Shown here: positions 9,438 through 18,609 of the stretch, piece by piece | Layout: the number at the start of each line of letters is the position of its first letter | How positions within the stretch are numbered: the stretch's first letter is position 1 | Translations under genes and position numbers: made by a program | Assembly (NCBI GenBank): GCA_963713085.1 | Contig: CAVQKQ010000013.1 | Location: forward strand, 42,023-106,022 | Source: an uncultured Pseudomonadota bacterium | GTDB lineage: Bacteria > Pseudomonadota > Gammaproteobacteria > Burkholderiales > Thiobacillaceae | Length of the DNA: 64,000 nt | Direction of reading: 5' to 3' | Notes under the pieces: model-generated | What the model was told of the DNA's origin: nothing | The model's input: only the letters and a program-made list of their open reading frames with translations | Databases searched by the model: none

Positions 9438-10919
9438 ATGAACCAATGTCCTGTCATGACCACCTATGCCGGCATCCCCGTCGCCGACAACCAGAATTCC
9501 ATCACCGCCGGTGAACGCGGCCCGGTGCTGATGCAGGATTTCCAACTGCTGGAGAAGATGGCCCACTTCAACCGGGAGCGGGTGCCCGAGCGGGTAGTCC
9601 ACGCCAAGGGCGCCGGCGCTTACGGCAGCTTCACCGTCACCGGCGACATCAGCCGGTACACCCGCGCCAAGCTGTTTGCCAAGGTTGGCAACAGGTGCGA
9701 GACCTTCGCCCGCTTCTCCACCGTGGCCGGCGAGCAGGGTTCCGCGGACACCGCCCGGGACCCGCGCGGATTCGCCATCAAGTTCTACACCGAGGAAGGC
9801 AACTGGGACATGGTGGGCAACAACACCCCCGTGTTCTTCATCCGCGATCCGCTCAAGTTCTCCGACTTCATCCACAGCCAGAAGCGCCTGCCGCAAAGCG
9901 GCTTGCGCGACAACACCATGCAGTGGGACTTCTGGAGCCTGTCGCCGGAATCCCTGCACCAGGTCACCTGGTTGTTCGGCGACCGGGGCATCCCGGCCGA
10001 CTATCGCCACATGAACGGCTACGGCAGCCATACCTACAGCCTGTGGAACGAAAAGGGCGAACGCTACTGGGTGAAGTGGCACTTCAAGACCGTGCAGGGC
10101 ATCAGGAACCTCACCGCCGAGGAGGCCGGCCGCATCGCCGGCGAGGACCTGGATGCGCACCGCCGCGACCTGTACGCGGCCATCGAGCGGGGCGATTTCC
10201 CGAAATGGCGACTGATGGTGCAGGTCATGCCGGAGCGGGAAGCGGTGACCTATCACCTCAACCCCTTCGACCTCACCAAGGTCTGGCCCCATATCGACTA
10301 CCCGCTGATGGAAGTGGGCATCCTTGAACTCAACCGCAATCCGAGGAACTACTTCGCGGAAGTGGAACAGGCCGCCTTCGAGCCCTCCAACCAACCCCCG
10401 GGATTCGGCGCCTCGCCGGACAAGATGCTGCAGGCCCGGCTCATGTCCTACCCGGACGCCCACCGCTACCGGATCGGCATCAACTACGGCGCCCTGGACG
10501 TGAACAAGCCGCGCTGCCCGATGCACAGCTACCACCGGGACGGCCAGATGCGTTTCGACGGAAATACAGGTGGCAACGGCAACGCCGGCGACCGGTACGT
10601 GCCCAACTACCAGCCCAACAGCTTCGGCGGGCCTATCGACGGCACGGTATCCAAGGAGCCGCCGCTGAAGATCACCGGCAACGCCGACCGCTACGACCAT
10701 CGGGTGGACAACGACGACTACACCCAGGCCGGCAACCTCTACCGCCTTATGGGTCCCGAGGAACGCGCCCGGCTGGTGAGCAACCTGGTGGGCGCCTTAA
10801 AGCCGGTGCCGCGCGAGATCCAGGCGCGCCAGGTCATCCACTTCCACAAGGCCGATCCGGAGTACGGCGCGGGGGTGGCCAAGGGCCTGGGTATCGACAT
10901 CCGGGAAGTGTTCGGTTGA
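9438..10919 (+). CDS. monofunctional haem catalase (small-subunit type)
   Basis: 493 aa. Motifs include [20 protein letters not shown] and [31 protein letters not shown]. Confidence 0.95.
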   Translation: MNQCPVMTTYAGIPVADNQNSITAGERGPVLMQDFQLLEKMAHFNRERVPERVVHAKGAGAYGSFTVTGDISRYTRAKLFAKVGNRCETFARFSTVAGEQGSADTARDPRGFAIKFYTEEGNWDMVGNNTPVFFIRDPLKFSDFIHSQKRLPQSGLRDNTMQWDFWSLSPESLHQVTWLFGDRGIPADYRHMNGYGSHTYSLWNEKGERYWVKWHFKTVQGIRNLTAEEAGRIAGEDLDAHRRDLYAAIERGDFPKWRLMVQVMPEREAVTYHLNPFDLTKVWPHIDYPLMEVGILELNRNPRNYFAEVEQAAFEPSNQPPGFGASPDKMLQARLMSYPDAHRYRIGINYGALDVNKPRCPMHSYHRDGQMRFDGNTGGNGNAGDRYVPNYQPNSFGGPIDGTVSKEPPLKITGNADRYDHRVDNDDYTQAGNLYRLMGPEERARLVSNLVGALKPVPREIQARQVIHFHKADPEYGAGVAKGLGIDIREVFG

Positions 10920-10934
10920 ACCTCCTGAAACCCC

Positions 10935-10956
10935 GCCCGTCCTAACCAGGACGGGC
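10935..10956 (+). terminator. hairpin after catalase (gcccgtcc-taacca-ggacgggc)
   Basis: 8-bp perfect stem 16 nt after the stop. There is no clear U-tract. Confidence 0.4.
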
Positions 10957-11176
10957 ATCAACGACAAGGAGCAGATCATGCGAACAGCGCATAAATGGCA
11001 AAGTTGGCTGGCCGTCTTTTCCCAAGCCCTGTCCGATTTCGGCATCGGCCTGGCCGGTGGTTGAACGGTGGAGGGCGCGGCGGTTTCCTGAGGGTGCAAA
11101 TACCTGGCCGGGTGGTATATTTTCAAACTGGGGAACACCCATAGGAAGACTGAACAGCGGCACGGAGGATAGGCCC

Positions 11177-12349
11177 ATGCAAGAGTTCACCAATCCGGAT
11201 GGCGCATTGCCTTGGCAAGACACCAAGCGGCCAGCCCCCCCGGCCATGCTGCGGGACGCCGTTGCCAAGGCCGGCATCCACTTCAACGGCGACGACCCCT
11301 GGGACGTCCAGGTCAACGACGCCAGCGTCTATCGGCGGATCATCACCAAGGGCTCACTGGGTTTCGGCGAGGCCTACATGGACGGCCTTTGGGAATGCGA
11401 GCGCCTGGACCAGCTGTTCACCCGCCTGCTCGCCATCGACGCCGACCGGACCCTCGGCGGCGGCGCCTGGGTGCGCCTGGCGGGCGACGTACTGCGCCAT
11501 GTCCTGTTCAACCTGCAATCCGCCCGACGCGCCTTCCAGGTCGGCGAGCAGCACTACGACATCGGCAACGACGTGTTCCAGGCCATGCTGGACCCCACCA
11601 TGAGCTACTCCTGCGCCTACTGGAAGGATGCCGCCGACCTGGCCCAGGCCCAGCTCGACAAGCTGGACCTGATCTGCCGCAAGCTGGACCTGCAACCCGG
11701 CGAGCGGGTGCTGGAGATCGGCTGCGGCTGGGGCGGACTGGCGCGCCACGCCGCGCAGAACTACGGCGTCGAGGTATTCGGCGTCACCGTCTCCAGGGAG
11801 CAGCGCGCCCTGGCCCTGGAACGCTGCGCCGGCCTGCCGGTGCAAATCGAACTGATGGACTACCGCGACATCACCGGCCAGTTCGACAAGGCCGTGTCCG
11901 TGGGCATGTTCGAGCACGTCGGCCCCAAGAACTACGCCGTCTATTTCGACACGGTGCGGCAGGCCCTCAAGGACGACGGCCTGTTCCTGCTCCACACCAT
12001 CGGCACCTACGACACCAGCACCCGGACGGACGCCTGGGTCGACAAATACATCTTCCCCAACGGCCGCCTGCCCTCGACCAAGCAACTGGCCGTGGTCATG
12101 GAAGACCGCTTCCTGGTCGAGGACTGGCACAACTTCGGCCCGGACTACGACCGCACCCTGATGGCCTGGTTCAGCAATTTCGACCGCGCCTGGCCGGACC
12201 TGCAGGACAAGTACGACAAGCGCTTCTACCGCATGTGGAAGTACTACCTGATGTGCTGCGCCGGCTTCTTCCGCTCGCGCCAAGGCCAGCTCTGGCAGAT
12301 CGTGATGAGCAAGCGGCAGCGGAGCGGGGTGTATCGGTCGGTGCGTTGA
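11177..12349 (+). CDS. cfa: cyclopropane-fatty-acyl-phospholipid synthase
   Basis: The track ORF is trimmed to the ATG at 11177, preceded by GGAGGA. It has the SAM motif VLEIGCGWGG, then FDKAVSVGMFEHVG and the C-terminal RMWKYYLMCCAGFFR. Confidence 0.9.
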   Translation: MQEFTNPDGALPWQDTKRPAPPAMLRDAVAKAGIHFNGDDPWDVQVNDASVYRRIITKGSLGFGEAYMDGLWECERLDQLFTRLLAIDADRTLGGGAWVRLAGDVLRHVLFNLQSARRAFQVGEQHYDIGNDVFQAMLDPTMSYSCAYWKDAADLAQAQLDKLDLICRKLDLQPGERVLEIGCGWGGLARHAAQNYGVEVFGVTVSREQRALALERCAGLPVQIELMDYRDITGQFDKAVSVGMFEHVGPKNYAVYFDTVRQALKDDGLFLLHTIGTYDTSTRTDAWVDKYIFPNGRLPSTKQLAVVMEDRFLVEDWHNFGPDYDRTLMAWFSNFDRAWPDLQDKYDKRFYRMWKYYLMCCAGFFRSRQGQLWQIVMSKRQRSGVYRSVR

Positions 12350-12356
12350 ACTGGAC

Positions 12357-12373
12357 CGGCAGAACATCTGCCG
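12357..12373 (+). terminator. short hairpin after cfa (cggcaga-aca-tctgccg)
   Basis: 7-bp perfect stem starting 8 nt after the stop, with no U-tract. Confidence 0.3.
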
Positions 12374-12755
12374 TGGCCCCCATCACGGCGGGATCGCCCA
12401 TATCGCTATCGGTTACTCGTCATGTCCTGACGGCTGGCCGCATCGTGCGACGCCGGGGCCAGCCTGATCGGAGAGGCGCGTCCGGGAAGCTTCGGCGGAT
12501 GTCCGCGCACAACGATGGTCTTGCCAACGAGATTTATGTGCGAAAGGCCGGTGCTTTGGCGCGCGGAAGGACAGGCGAGCGACTTACCATTTCGCGCCCC
12601 TACGTCTACGAAGCAGCGGATTTCTTAAAGAGCCTGGTTCGGAACCTAACTGGCGACGCTTGCGACCGTTTGCAGAAGCAGTGAGCTGTCTAACTCTAGG
12701 TCGAGCGGACGCGCAGAAAGCGCACGCCACTCACCTTCACGTTGGTCGTCTCGGA

Positions 12756-13010
12756 TCAGTAGTGGAACCGGAGTTGCACGATTTCGAGCGCATCATCCAC
12801 CACGCGATACACCATGCGATGTTCATCCGTGATCCGCCGCGACCAGAATCCTGACAGCGCGTGCTTCAATGGCTCGGGCTTGCCCACGCCGCCGAAGGGT
12901 TCGCGCTGCGTCGCGCGGATCAGCCTGTTGATCCGTTCCGTCATGCGCCTGTCCTGCTTTTGCCAATGGAGGTAATCCTCCCATGCCTCGTCCGCGAAGA
13001 TCAGCTTCAC
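12756..13010 (-). CDS. yoeB: YoeB/Txe-family toxin
   Basis: 84 aa. MKLIFADEAWEDYLHWQKQDRRMTERINRLI...GKPEPLKHALSGFWSRRITDEHRMVYRV...FHY is canonical YoeB. There is a 4-nt overlap with yefM. Confidence 0.9.
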   Translation of the reverse strand: MKLIFADEAWEDYLHWQKQDRRMTERINRLIRATQREPFGGVGKPEPLKHALSGFWSRRITDEHRMVYRVVDDALEIVQLRFHY

Positions 13011-13258
13011 TCGGCCAGCTTCCGCTCGACGCCTTTTCCCGCGTTCAATTGCGCGACGGCGGAGAGGAGGCGCTTGGCGTTGGCGGGCGTCCGCAACAGA
13101 TAGGCCGTTTCCTCAAGCGCCTTGTAGTCTTCGAGCGAAAGCATCACGACGGACTGTTCGCCGTTGCGGGTGATGATCAAGGCTTCGTGGTCATTGCAAA
13201 CCCGATCCATTGCGCTGGCGAGGTTCGCGCGAACGGTGGTATAGGTAATCGCGTCCAT
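13007..13258 (-). CDS. yefM: YefM/Phd-family antitoxin
   Basis: 83 aa. MDAITYTTVRANLASAMDRVCNDHEALIITRNGEQSVVMLSLEDYKALEETAYLLR is canonical YefM. Confidence 0.9.
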   Translation of the reverse strand: MDAITYTTVRANLASAMDRVCNDHEALIITRNGEQSVVMLSLEDYKALEETAYLLRTPANAKRLLSAVAQLNAGKGVERKLAE

Positions 13259-13273
13259 GATGGGCTCCTTAAT

Positions 13274-13291
13274 TGTACGGTTTACTGTACA
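13274..13291 (-). promoter_or_regulatory. candidate YefM-YoeB operator (TGTAC ... TGTACA cores)
   Basis: tgtacggtttactgtaca lies 16-33 nt upstream of the yefM ATG. TGTACA-core repeats are the known operator motif of E. coli yefM-yoeB. Confidence 0.45.
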
Positions 13292-13483
13292 GATCCATAT
13301 GCCGGGTGTCCAGTGTCGCCAGGACGCCCAAGCTTGACGCTGTAGAAAACCCCAACATCCCCACCCCGACGAAAAGAAAAACTTCCCGCTTTTTCATTGC
13401 TATGTGCGTTATCGCACAGAGCGCAACGGGAATATGCTGAAATAGTTCGGCTCCGAATCGCGCCGCCCCAGGAGCCGCAAATC

Positions 13484-14203
13484 ATGTCGAATCCCAATCA
13501 CAGAATCGTTCCGTGCACGGCGCTATTGCTGATATTCGCGTCTATTTCCCATTCAGCCACGGCGACGCCGCTTGTTACTCCAGTCAATGCGGGAAGCGAA
13601 ATAACGCTCGCCACCATTCTGGATACCATTATGAAAAGCGATGGCATCTCACTGGAGCGGGTAAGCGATAGCAAAGACGAATTCTGGTCGTTGGCTGGAG
13701 ACGGCACGGTGCTCGCAAGAGCGCGATATGCCGGGTTGAACAATTATTTCGGTGTTATTCCGGGAACCGAGAGCGGTCTCGTTGGTTTTCAGGCCTTGGT
13801 TGGCTCTCTGAGTGGTAATGGCATCGTCGGTGGGGACGGTGCTGAAACTTTGTTTCCTGTATTGAGCGGGGACTTCCGACTGGCGATTAGTGGGCCACAA
13901 GGGCAAATTTGGAGTTCGCTCGCAAGCGATAACACCGATTTCATGGATCACATGGTGACATGGATCGACACACAAGATTCAAACCATTACTTCGTCGCTT
14001 TCGAAGATTACAAATTTCCCAGCGGCGACGGCGACTTCAACGATATTGTTCTTGAACTCCGCAACGTTGTTGATGGGCCGCTATACATACCGGAACCAGG
14101 CACGCTTCCCTTGACCGTTCTCGGATTGGCGGGACTCGGCATCACCTTCCGGCGCAAAGGGCTGGGTTTTGGTATGGCAAATATCGGCAATGGGCCTACC
14201 TGA
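13484..14203 (+). CDS. secreted PEP-CTERM-anchored protein with a DUF4114-like domain
   Basis: Trimmed to the ATG at 13484 (MSNPNHRIVPCTALLLIFASISHSATA, a signal peptide). It has a DGDFNDIVLEL motif and the C-terminal IPEPGTLPLTVLGLAGLGITFRRKG, a PEP-CTERM sorting signal. Confidence 0.75.
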   Translation: MSNPNHRIVPCTALLLIFASISHSATATPLVTPVNAGSEITLATILDTIMKSDGISLERVSDSKDEFWSLAGDGTVLARARYAGLNNYFGVIPGTESGLVGFQALVGSLSGNGIVGGDGAETLFPVLSGDFRLAISGPQGQIWSSLASDNTDFMDHMVTWIDTQDSNHYFVAFEDYKFPSGDGDFNDIVLELRNVVDGPLYIPEPGTLPLTVLGLAGLGITFRRKGLGFGMANIGNGPT

Positions 14204-14458
14204 AAATGCCCACGCAAGGCACCACATACGTACGTGACTTTCTGAAGAAACTGTTCGCACACATCCTTTCCGGCCGTAGCAACGCCCACTCCCATGTCGA
14301 CGTGCATATGCGGGTGTGTCTGCCGGATGCATCCTTCTGTACCTCATGGGCCGCCAGATCCATATATGTGCGCGCTATCATGACCCGGCCCCCTCAAGCC
14401 GTATCAAATAACAGTTGAGGAGTCCGTCTCCCCATGGAGAATGACGGACATGAAGAAG

Positions 14459-14584
14459 AGCAGATAAACTGAAGAACAGATCATTGGATTCCATTGACGC
14501 AAGCCGAAGCGGGGATACCGATCAAGGAGCTATGCCGCAAGGGCGGATATAGTGACGCCACGTTCTAACAAATGGCGGTCAAAC
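14459..14584 (+). pseudogene. decayed 5' fragment of an IS3-family transposase orfA
   Basis: It reads MKKSR*TEEQIIGF, then after a frame change QAEAGIPIKELCRKGGYSDATF*, then after another frame change KWRSN. This matches the IS3/IS407 OrfA N-terminus (…EEQI…AEAG…ELCRK.G.SDATFYKWRSK). It has two stops and two frameshifts, and nothing follows it. Confidence 0.6.
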
Positions 14585-14758
14585 GATGCTAGGCACCCCA
14601 TCAGAGACACTTTCCTATAACCGCGTGACCGGACTTCCAACTTATCCTTGGTACGGCTCATTGGGGCAGATCAGTTTAACATTGACAATGTAGAAGACCC
14701 CAACACACCCTGCCCAAAACGACCGCCCGTGCTCCCCGAATGGCATGAATCCCTGAAG

Positions 14759-15367
14759 ATGTTCATCGGCCTGCTGGTGATCCTGAACCCCATGCTGGCG
14801 GTGCCCATGTTCGTCACCCTGACGGAATCCCAGAGCGAGGCCGAGCGCCTTTCCACCGCCCGGCACACCGCACTGGCGGTGGGCGTGGTGCTCACCGTCT
14901 CGGCCCTGCTGGGCCAGGAACTGCTCAGCCTGTTCGGCATCAGCATCGCCTCGTTCCGGGTGGGCGGCGGCCTGCTTATTCTGCTCATGGCGGTGGCCAT
15001 GATGCATGCCCGCGTCAGCGGCGCCCAGCACACCCGAGAGGAAACCGACGAAGCCCTGGAAAAGTCCGACGTGTCGGTAGTACCCCTGGCCATCCCCCTG
15101 CTGGCCGGCCCCGGGGCCATCAGCACCGCCATCATCTACGCCCATCGCGAGTTGTCCTGGCTGCACGCCGTGCTGATCGGCGAGATCTGGGCCATCGCCT
15201 TCCTGGTCTGGTTCACCCTGCGCTCCGCCCTGCCCATCAGCCGCCGCCTGGGCACCACCGGCATCAACATCACCAGCCGGCTGATGGGCCTGATCCTGGC
15301 CGCCATCGCCGTGGAATTCATCGTCAACGGCCTGAAGGCCATGCTGCCGGCGCTCCAGGCCGGTTGA
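14759..15367 (+). CDS. MarC-family (UPF0056) inner-membrane protein
   Basis: MFIGLLVILNPMLAVPMFVTLTE ... VVPLAIPLLAGPGAISTAII are typical MarC motifs. The start is uncertain: ATG at 14759, or an in-frame GTG at 14729. Confidence 0.8.
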   Translation: MFIGLLVILNPMLAVPMFVTLTESQSEAERLSTARHTALAVGVVLTVSALLGQELLSLFGISIASFRVGGGLLILLMAVAMMHARVSGAQHTREETDEALEKSDVSVVPLAIPLLAGPGAISTAIIYAHRELSWLHAVLIGEIWAIAFLVWFTLRSALPISRRLGTTGINITSRLMGLILAAIAVEFIVNGLKAMLPALQAG

Positions 15368-15459
15368 AATAACCGGGGGATGGGGGATTTTCCCCACATC
15401 AACCGGGCCGTTGGCGGGCCCGCTCACGCAACCGATTGAAAAATAAAAGCTTCGATCCC

Positions 15460-15475
15460 TGGCACGAAAGTCGCA
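15460..15475 (+). promoter_or_regulatory. sigma-54 (-24/-12) promoter candidate, TGGCAC-N5-TCGCA
   Basis: tggcacgaaagtcgca has GG and GC separated by exactly 10 nt. It lies 65 nt upstream of the Hsp20 ATG, on the coding strand, in intergenic DNA. Confidence 0.6.
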
Positions 15476-15539
15476 ATGGATTGATCAGACATCGATCCGA
15501 TCGGGACGATGCCAAGCAATTTTTCGATAGGAGGCAACC

Positions 15540-16103
15540 ATGAAACGCACCATGCTCATTCGCGGCCTCGTCGCCATCGGACTGCTCACCCTTGCCGGGG
15601 TGGCGCTGGGCGAGGCCTTCCTGCTGCATCGCATGGACCGGCGCCTGGACAACCTGGAAGCCCGGCCCGTGCTGGTTCATCCCGGCTTCGACCGGGACGG
15701 ATTCCCGGCTCCCCTCGCCATGAACGGGTTCCACCCCATCTTCGACACCCTGGATCGGGACTTCGCCGCCCTGGACGGTTTCTGGATGCCCGTCCCGCAG
15801 GTGCCCGGGATGCAGCCCACCACCCGGATCGACCGGACCGACAAGGGCTACCGTGTCGAAGTCGCCCTGCCGGGGATGAAACCCCAGGACGTGAAGGTCA
15901 GCGTCGACGGCCAGCTGTTGAGCATCGATGCCCAAGCCCAAGGTAACAGCCGGACCCAGGCAGGCCGGGAGCAGGAGGATACCCATTACAGCAGCCGATT
16001 CTCCGAGTCCTTCACACTGCCCGGCCCGGTTAATGCCCAGGGCATGCGGGAGACCTTCCAGGACGGCAAGCTGACGGTGACCCTGCCCCGTGCCAGTGTC
16101 TGA
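15540..16103 (+). CDS. Hsp20/alpha-crystallin family protein with an N-terminal signal peptide or membrane anchor
   Basis: 187 aa. The N-terminus is MKRTMLIRGLVAIGLLTLAGVALGEA. The alpha-crystallin domain reads IDRTDKGYRVEVALPGMKPQDVKVSVDGQLLSIDAQ...FSESFTLPGPVNAQGMRETFQDGKLTVTLPR. A GGAGG SD precedes the ATG. Confidence 0.85.
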   Translation: MKRTMLIRGLVAIGLLTLAGVALGEAFLLHRMDRRLDNLEARPVLVHPGFDRDGFPAPLAMNGFHPIFDTLDRDFAALDGFWMPVPQVPGMQPTTRIDRTDKGYRVEVALPGMKPQDVKVSVDGQLLSIDAQAQGNSRTQAGREQEDTHYSSRFSESFTLPGPVNAQGMRETFQDGKLTVTLPRASV

Positions 16104-16221
16104 GTACAGACCCGCTCCCCCCGGACCCGGCCGCGGTCCGGATGGGGCATTTGCCCCGCCCCCCCGGTTCAAGACACCCGGGCACCCGTGATGGCACCCA
16201 TCGATACAATGGGTTAACCAC

Positions 16222-16237
16222 TGGCACGCGGCTTGCA
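16222..16237 (+). promoter_or_regulatory. sigma-54 promoter candidate, perfect TGGCAC-N5-TTGCA
   Basis: tggcacgcggcttgca lies 97 nt upstream of the zwf ATG, on the coding strand, in intergenic DNA. Confidence 0.7.
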
Positions 16238-16333
16238 GTACAAAATGTCGGTGTCGCCGCGATTCAGGCAGCGGACGACACCACAACCTATTTTGCAACC
16301 TGTTCACCCACCCATGAACCGGAGTTTCCACCT

Positions 16334-17845
16334 ATGAAACCGAACAGCCCCGACACGCTTCAGGCCCCTGTGGTCTTCGTCCTGATGGGCGCCGGAGGCG
16401 ACCTGGCCTGGCGCCTGGTGGTGCCCGCCCTCTATGACCTGTTTCGCGCCGGGCAGTTGCCTGAGCGCTTCATTCTGGTGGGCGTGGACCGCAACCCGGG
16501 CACGACCCAAAGCCTGGCGGAGCGGCTGCGCGAGGGCGTGGTTCAGTTCTCGCGCCACGGCATCACCCAGGAGGCCGACTGGACCGCCTTCGCGCAAAAG
16601 TTGGACTACCTCCAGGCCGACGTGGACCAGGCCGGCACGCAGTTGGTCCCCCGCCTGGCGGCGTTGGAAAAAGGCTGGGGCCAGACGCCCCAGCGGGTGT
16701 TCTACCTGGCCCTGCCACCTGTGTTTTTCGCCAGCGCGGCGGAAGGCCTGGCGGCGGTCGGCCTGAACCGCCATGGGGCACGATTGGTTGTGGAGAAGCC
16801 CCTGGGCCGCGACCTAACCTCCTATCTGGAACTGGAGCGCGGCCTGGGCCGCCACTTCGCGGAGAGCCAGATCTACCGCATCGACCATTTCCTCGGCAAG
16901 GAGACTTCCCAGAACATCCTGGCCCTACGCTTCGCCAACCCCATCTTCGAGCCGGTCTGGAACCGCAACCACATCGACCACATAGCCATCACCGTGGCCG
17001 AGACCCTGGGGGTGGAGCACCGGGCCGGCTATTACGAGTCGGCCGGCGCCCTGCGCGACATGGTGCAGAACCACCTGCTGCAACTGCTCTGCCTGGTGGC
17101 CATGGAGCCGCCGGTGATCTACGCCGGCGACGACCTGCGCAACCGGCGCATGGACGTGCTGCATTCCCTGCGCCCCATCCCCGCGTCGGAGTTGGAGAAA
17201 TACGCCGCCCGCGGCCAGTACGGCCCCGGCTGGATCGACGGCCAGGCACTGCCCGGCTACCGCCAGGAACCCGGCGTGGCGGCAGACTCGAACACCGAGA
17301 CCTACGCCGCCATCAAGCTGTTCGTGGACAACTGGCGCTGGCAGGACGTGCCCTTCTACCTGCGCACCGGCAAGCGCATGGCGGCCCCGGCCTGGGAGAT
17401 CTCCATACGCTTCCGGCCGGTGCCGCACCGCGCCTTCCCCGCCGCCGCCGGCGAGGCGGACAAACCGGTCAGCCTGATCCTGCGCATGCAGCCGGAGGAA
17501 TCCCTGCGCCTGCGTATCTACGTCAAGGAGCCGGGCAGCCACGAACACCTGCGTCCGGTAAACCTGGATTTCAGCTATGCCGATGAATTCATACAGCGTC
17601 CGCCGGGGGCCTACGAGACCCTGCTGAAGGACATCTTCGTCGGCGACGTGGGCCTGTTCATGCGCGCCGACCAGGTGGAGGCGGCCTGGCGTCTGGTGGA
17701 CCCGGTGTTGCGAGCCTGGCAGGCCGAGACGGCGGCGTTCCCCAACTACCCGGCGGGCACCTGGGGGCCGGACTCGGCCGATGCCCTCACCGCCGCCGAC
17801 GGCCACGCCTGGCTTATCCCGGACCTGCGGGTCAGGGAACACTGA
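16334..17845 (+). CDS. zwf: glucose-6-phosphate 1-dehydrogenase
   Basis: Trimmed to the ATG at 16334 (MKPNSPDTLQAPVVFVLMGAGGDLAWRLVVPALY, the NADP-binding GxxGDLA motif). It has the signature RIDHFLGKE. Confidence 0.9.
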   Translation: MKPNSPDTLQAPVVFVLMGAGGDLAWRLVVPALYDLFRAGQLPERFILVGVDRNPGTTQSLAERLREGVVQFSRHGITQEADWTAFAQKLDYLQADVDQAGTQLVPRLAALEKGWGQTPQRVFYLALPPVFFASAAEGLAAVGLNRHGARLVVEKPLGRDLTSYLELERGLGRHFAESQIYRIDHFLGKETSQNILALRFANPIFEPVWNRNHIDHIAITVAETLGVEHRAGYYESAGALRDMVQNHLLQLLCLVAMEPPVIYAGDDLRNRRMDVLHSLRPIPASELEKYAARGQYGPGWIDGQALPGYRQEPGVAADSNTETYAAIKLFVDNWRWQDVPFYLRTGKRMAAPAWEISIRFRPVPHRAFPAAAGEADKPVSLILRMQPEESLRLRIYVKEPGSHEHLRPVNLDFSYADEFIQRPPGAYETLLKDIFVGDVGLFMRADQVEAAWRLVDPVLRAWQAETAAFPNYPAGTWGPDSADALTAADGHAWLIPDLRVREH

Positions 17846-17874
17846 GCTCAGGCTTTATTCAGGGAGATAGCGGA

Positions 17875-18600
17875 ATGCTGGATACATTCTACGATTGGCT
17901 CGACCGACTCGGCTACCTGCACCCCATCCATCCCGCCATGACCCATATGCCCATCGGCCTGGTGGTGGGGGCGTTTTTCCTGGGCTGGATCGGCCTGGCG
18001 GCGCAACGCCCGAAACTGATGGCGGCGAGCTACCCGGTCCTGATCATCGCCTTCGTGTTCTGGTTCCCCACCGTGCTGTTTGGTTACCTGGACTGGCAGC
18101 GCTATTACGCCGGCGCCATGCTGCAGCCCATCGTCATCAAGATGGTCCTGGCCGGCGTCCTGTTCGTGCTGCTGGGCACGGGCGTGTTCCTGGTCGCCCG
18201 CGGCGATCCCGAGCCGAATTTCATGGTCCTGATCTACACCCTGTGCCTGGCGACCGTGACCGCCCTGGGTTACTACGGCGGCCAGCTGGTCTATACCGGC
18301 GCGACCCCTTCCGGACCCGTCGCCTACCGGTCCGGGGAAAAGATCTTCGATGCCAACTGTAGCGGATGCCATGCACACGGCGGCAACTCGATCACACCCA
18401 ACCTGCCCCTGAGAAGTGCCCCGCAGTTAACCGATCCGGCCCAATTCATCGCCTTCCTGCGCACGCCCAAGGCGCCCGATGGCCGGCCCGGCATCATGCC
18501 CGCCTTCCCCACCGAGCGGCTCGACGACCGTGATGCCAAGGCGCTCTACGACTACATCGTCCACGCCATCGCCGCGCCCGAGCGGAGCCAGGGCCACTGA
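17875..18600 (+). CDS. membrane protein (DUF2231-like, 4-5 TM) fused to a C-terminal monohaem cytochrome c domain
   Basis: 241 aa. The N-terminus is LGYLHPIHPAMTHMPIGLVVGAFFLGW. The C-terminus has the haem motif CSGCH, plus MPAF as the likely Met-ligand region. It starts 29 nt after zwf. Confidence 0.75.
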   Translation: MLDTFYDWLDRLGYLHPIHPAMTHMPIGLVVGAFFLGWIGLAAQRPKLMAASYPVLIIAFVFWFPTVLFGYLDWQRYYAGAMLQPIVIKMVLAGVLFVLLGTGVFLVARGDPEPNFMVLIYTLCLATVTALGYYGGQLVYTGATPSGPVAYRSGEKIFDANCSGCHAHGGNSITPNLPLRSAPQLTDPAQFIAFLRTPKAPDGRPGIMPAFPTERLDDRDAKALYDYIVHAIAAPERSQGH

Positions 18601-18609
18601 GGAATCGAC

